The notes beneath the pieces are model-generated. The model was not told the origin of the DNA. It saw only the letters and a list, made by a program, of their open reading frames with translations, and did no database searches. This document shows positions 63,939-64,000 of a DNA stretch of 64,000 nucleotides, one piece after another (position 1 is the stretch's first letter; each line of letters opens with the position of its first letter). The stretch comes from a bacterium. GTDB taxonomy: Bacteria; Patescibacteriota; Minisyncoccia; UBA6257; GWB1-50-10. The translations under genes were made by a program, and so were the position numbers. Location of the stretch: contig JAUSKB010000026.1 of assembly GCA_030647415.1 (NCBI GenBank), positions 10,894 to 74,893 on the forward strand, given 5' to 3'.

Positions 63939-64000
63939 GGATATGATAAAGTGCTGTCCACGCTATACCGTGAACTGCACCAACCGGAGACGTTCTACAC

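Noticed and set aside
1-64000. CRISPR array or cas genes.
   Set aside because: No regularly spaced identical direct repeats with unique spacers were found. The repeats present are palindromic hairpins, TIRs and leader motifs with irregular spacing.

Overview
This is a GC-rich (~60-65%) bacterial chromosomal segment that is densely coding and mixes housekeeping genes with accessory-looking insertions. Phylum cannot be assigned. TrmB- and PaaX-like regulators, many small hypotheticals and aaRS genes with insertions resemble Patescibacteria, but an OMP-like beta-barrel ending in Phe, an O-antigen-ligase-like protein, OmpA_C-domain proteins and an MsbA-like exporter suggest a diderm envelope.

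Housekeeping genes I can support:
- RNase J
- trpS, argS and ileS
- infC-rpmI-rplT
- rpsT
- ruvA
- smpB with an adjacent tmRNA
- an RNase P RNA candidate
- tRNA-Arg(CCG)
- a cold-shock protein
- MGMT and a family-4 UDG
- a NUDIX hydrolase
- an HD-domain alarmone hydrolase
- NRAMP/MntH
- a Clp ATPase
- two ABC systems
- a Mur ligase

Findings I rate most interesting:
1. ileS carries an embedded histidine-phosphatase (RHG) domain, and also three in-frame GT-rich repeat insertions.
2. A 2.7-kb AT-rich island is bounded by ~31-bp terminal inverted repeats (TIRs). It sits 8 bp upstream of a start codon and carries a TrmB-like regulator and a B12-binding radical-SAM-like gene.
3. A family of 100-130-bp palindromic MITE-like elements has TIRs related to the island TIRs. 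All copies lie immediately 5' of start codons or promoters.
4. A ~55-nt structured leader motif with stem covariation occurs three times in front of consecutive small Cys-rich genes.
5. Two PaaX-like paralogues are each bracketed by cognate palindromic boxes.
6. The tmRNA/smpB locus has a GIY-YIG gene and a direct-repeat-flanked AT-rich cassette downstream.
7. The tRNA-Arg locus is littered with copies of the tRNA 3' fragment.
8. Two substrate-binding proteins are fused to OmpA_C domains, in a cluster with VWA, coiled-coil, ABC and AAA+ genes.

No CRISPR array was seen.

Coordinates were derived by eye from the printed sequence and may be off by 1-3 nt.
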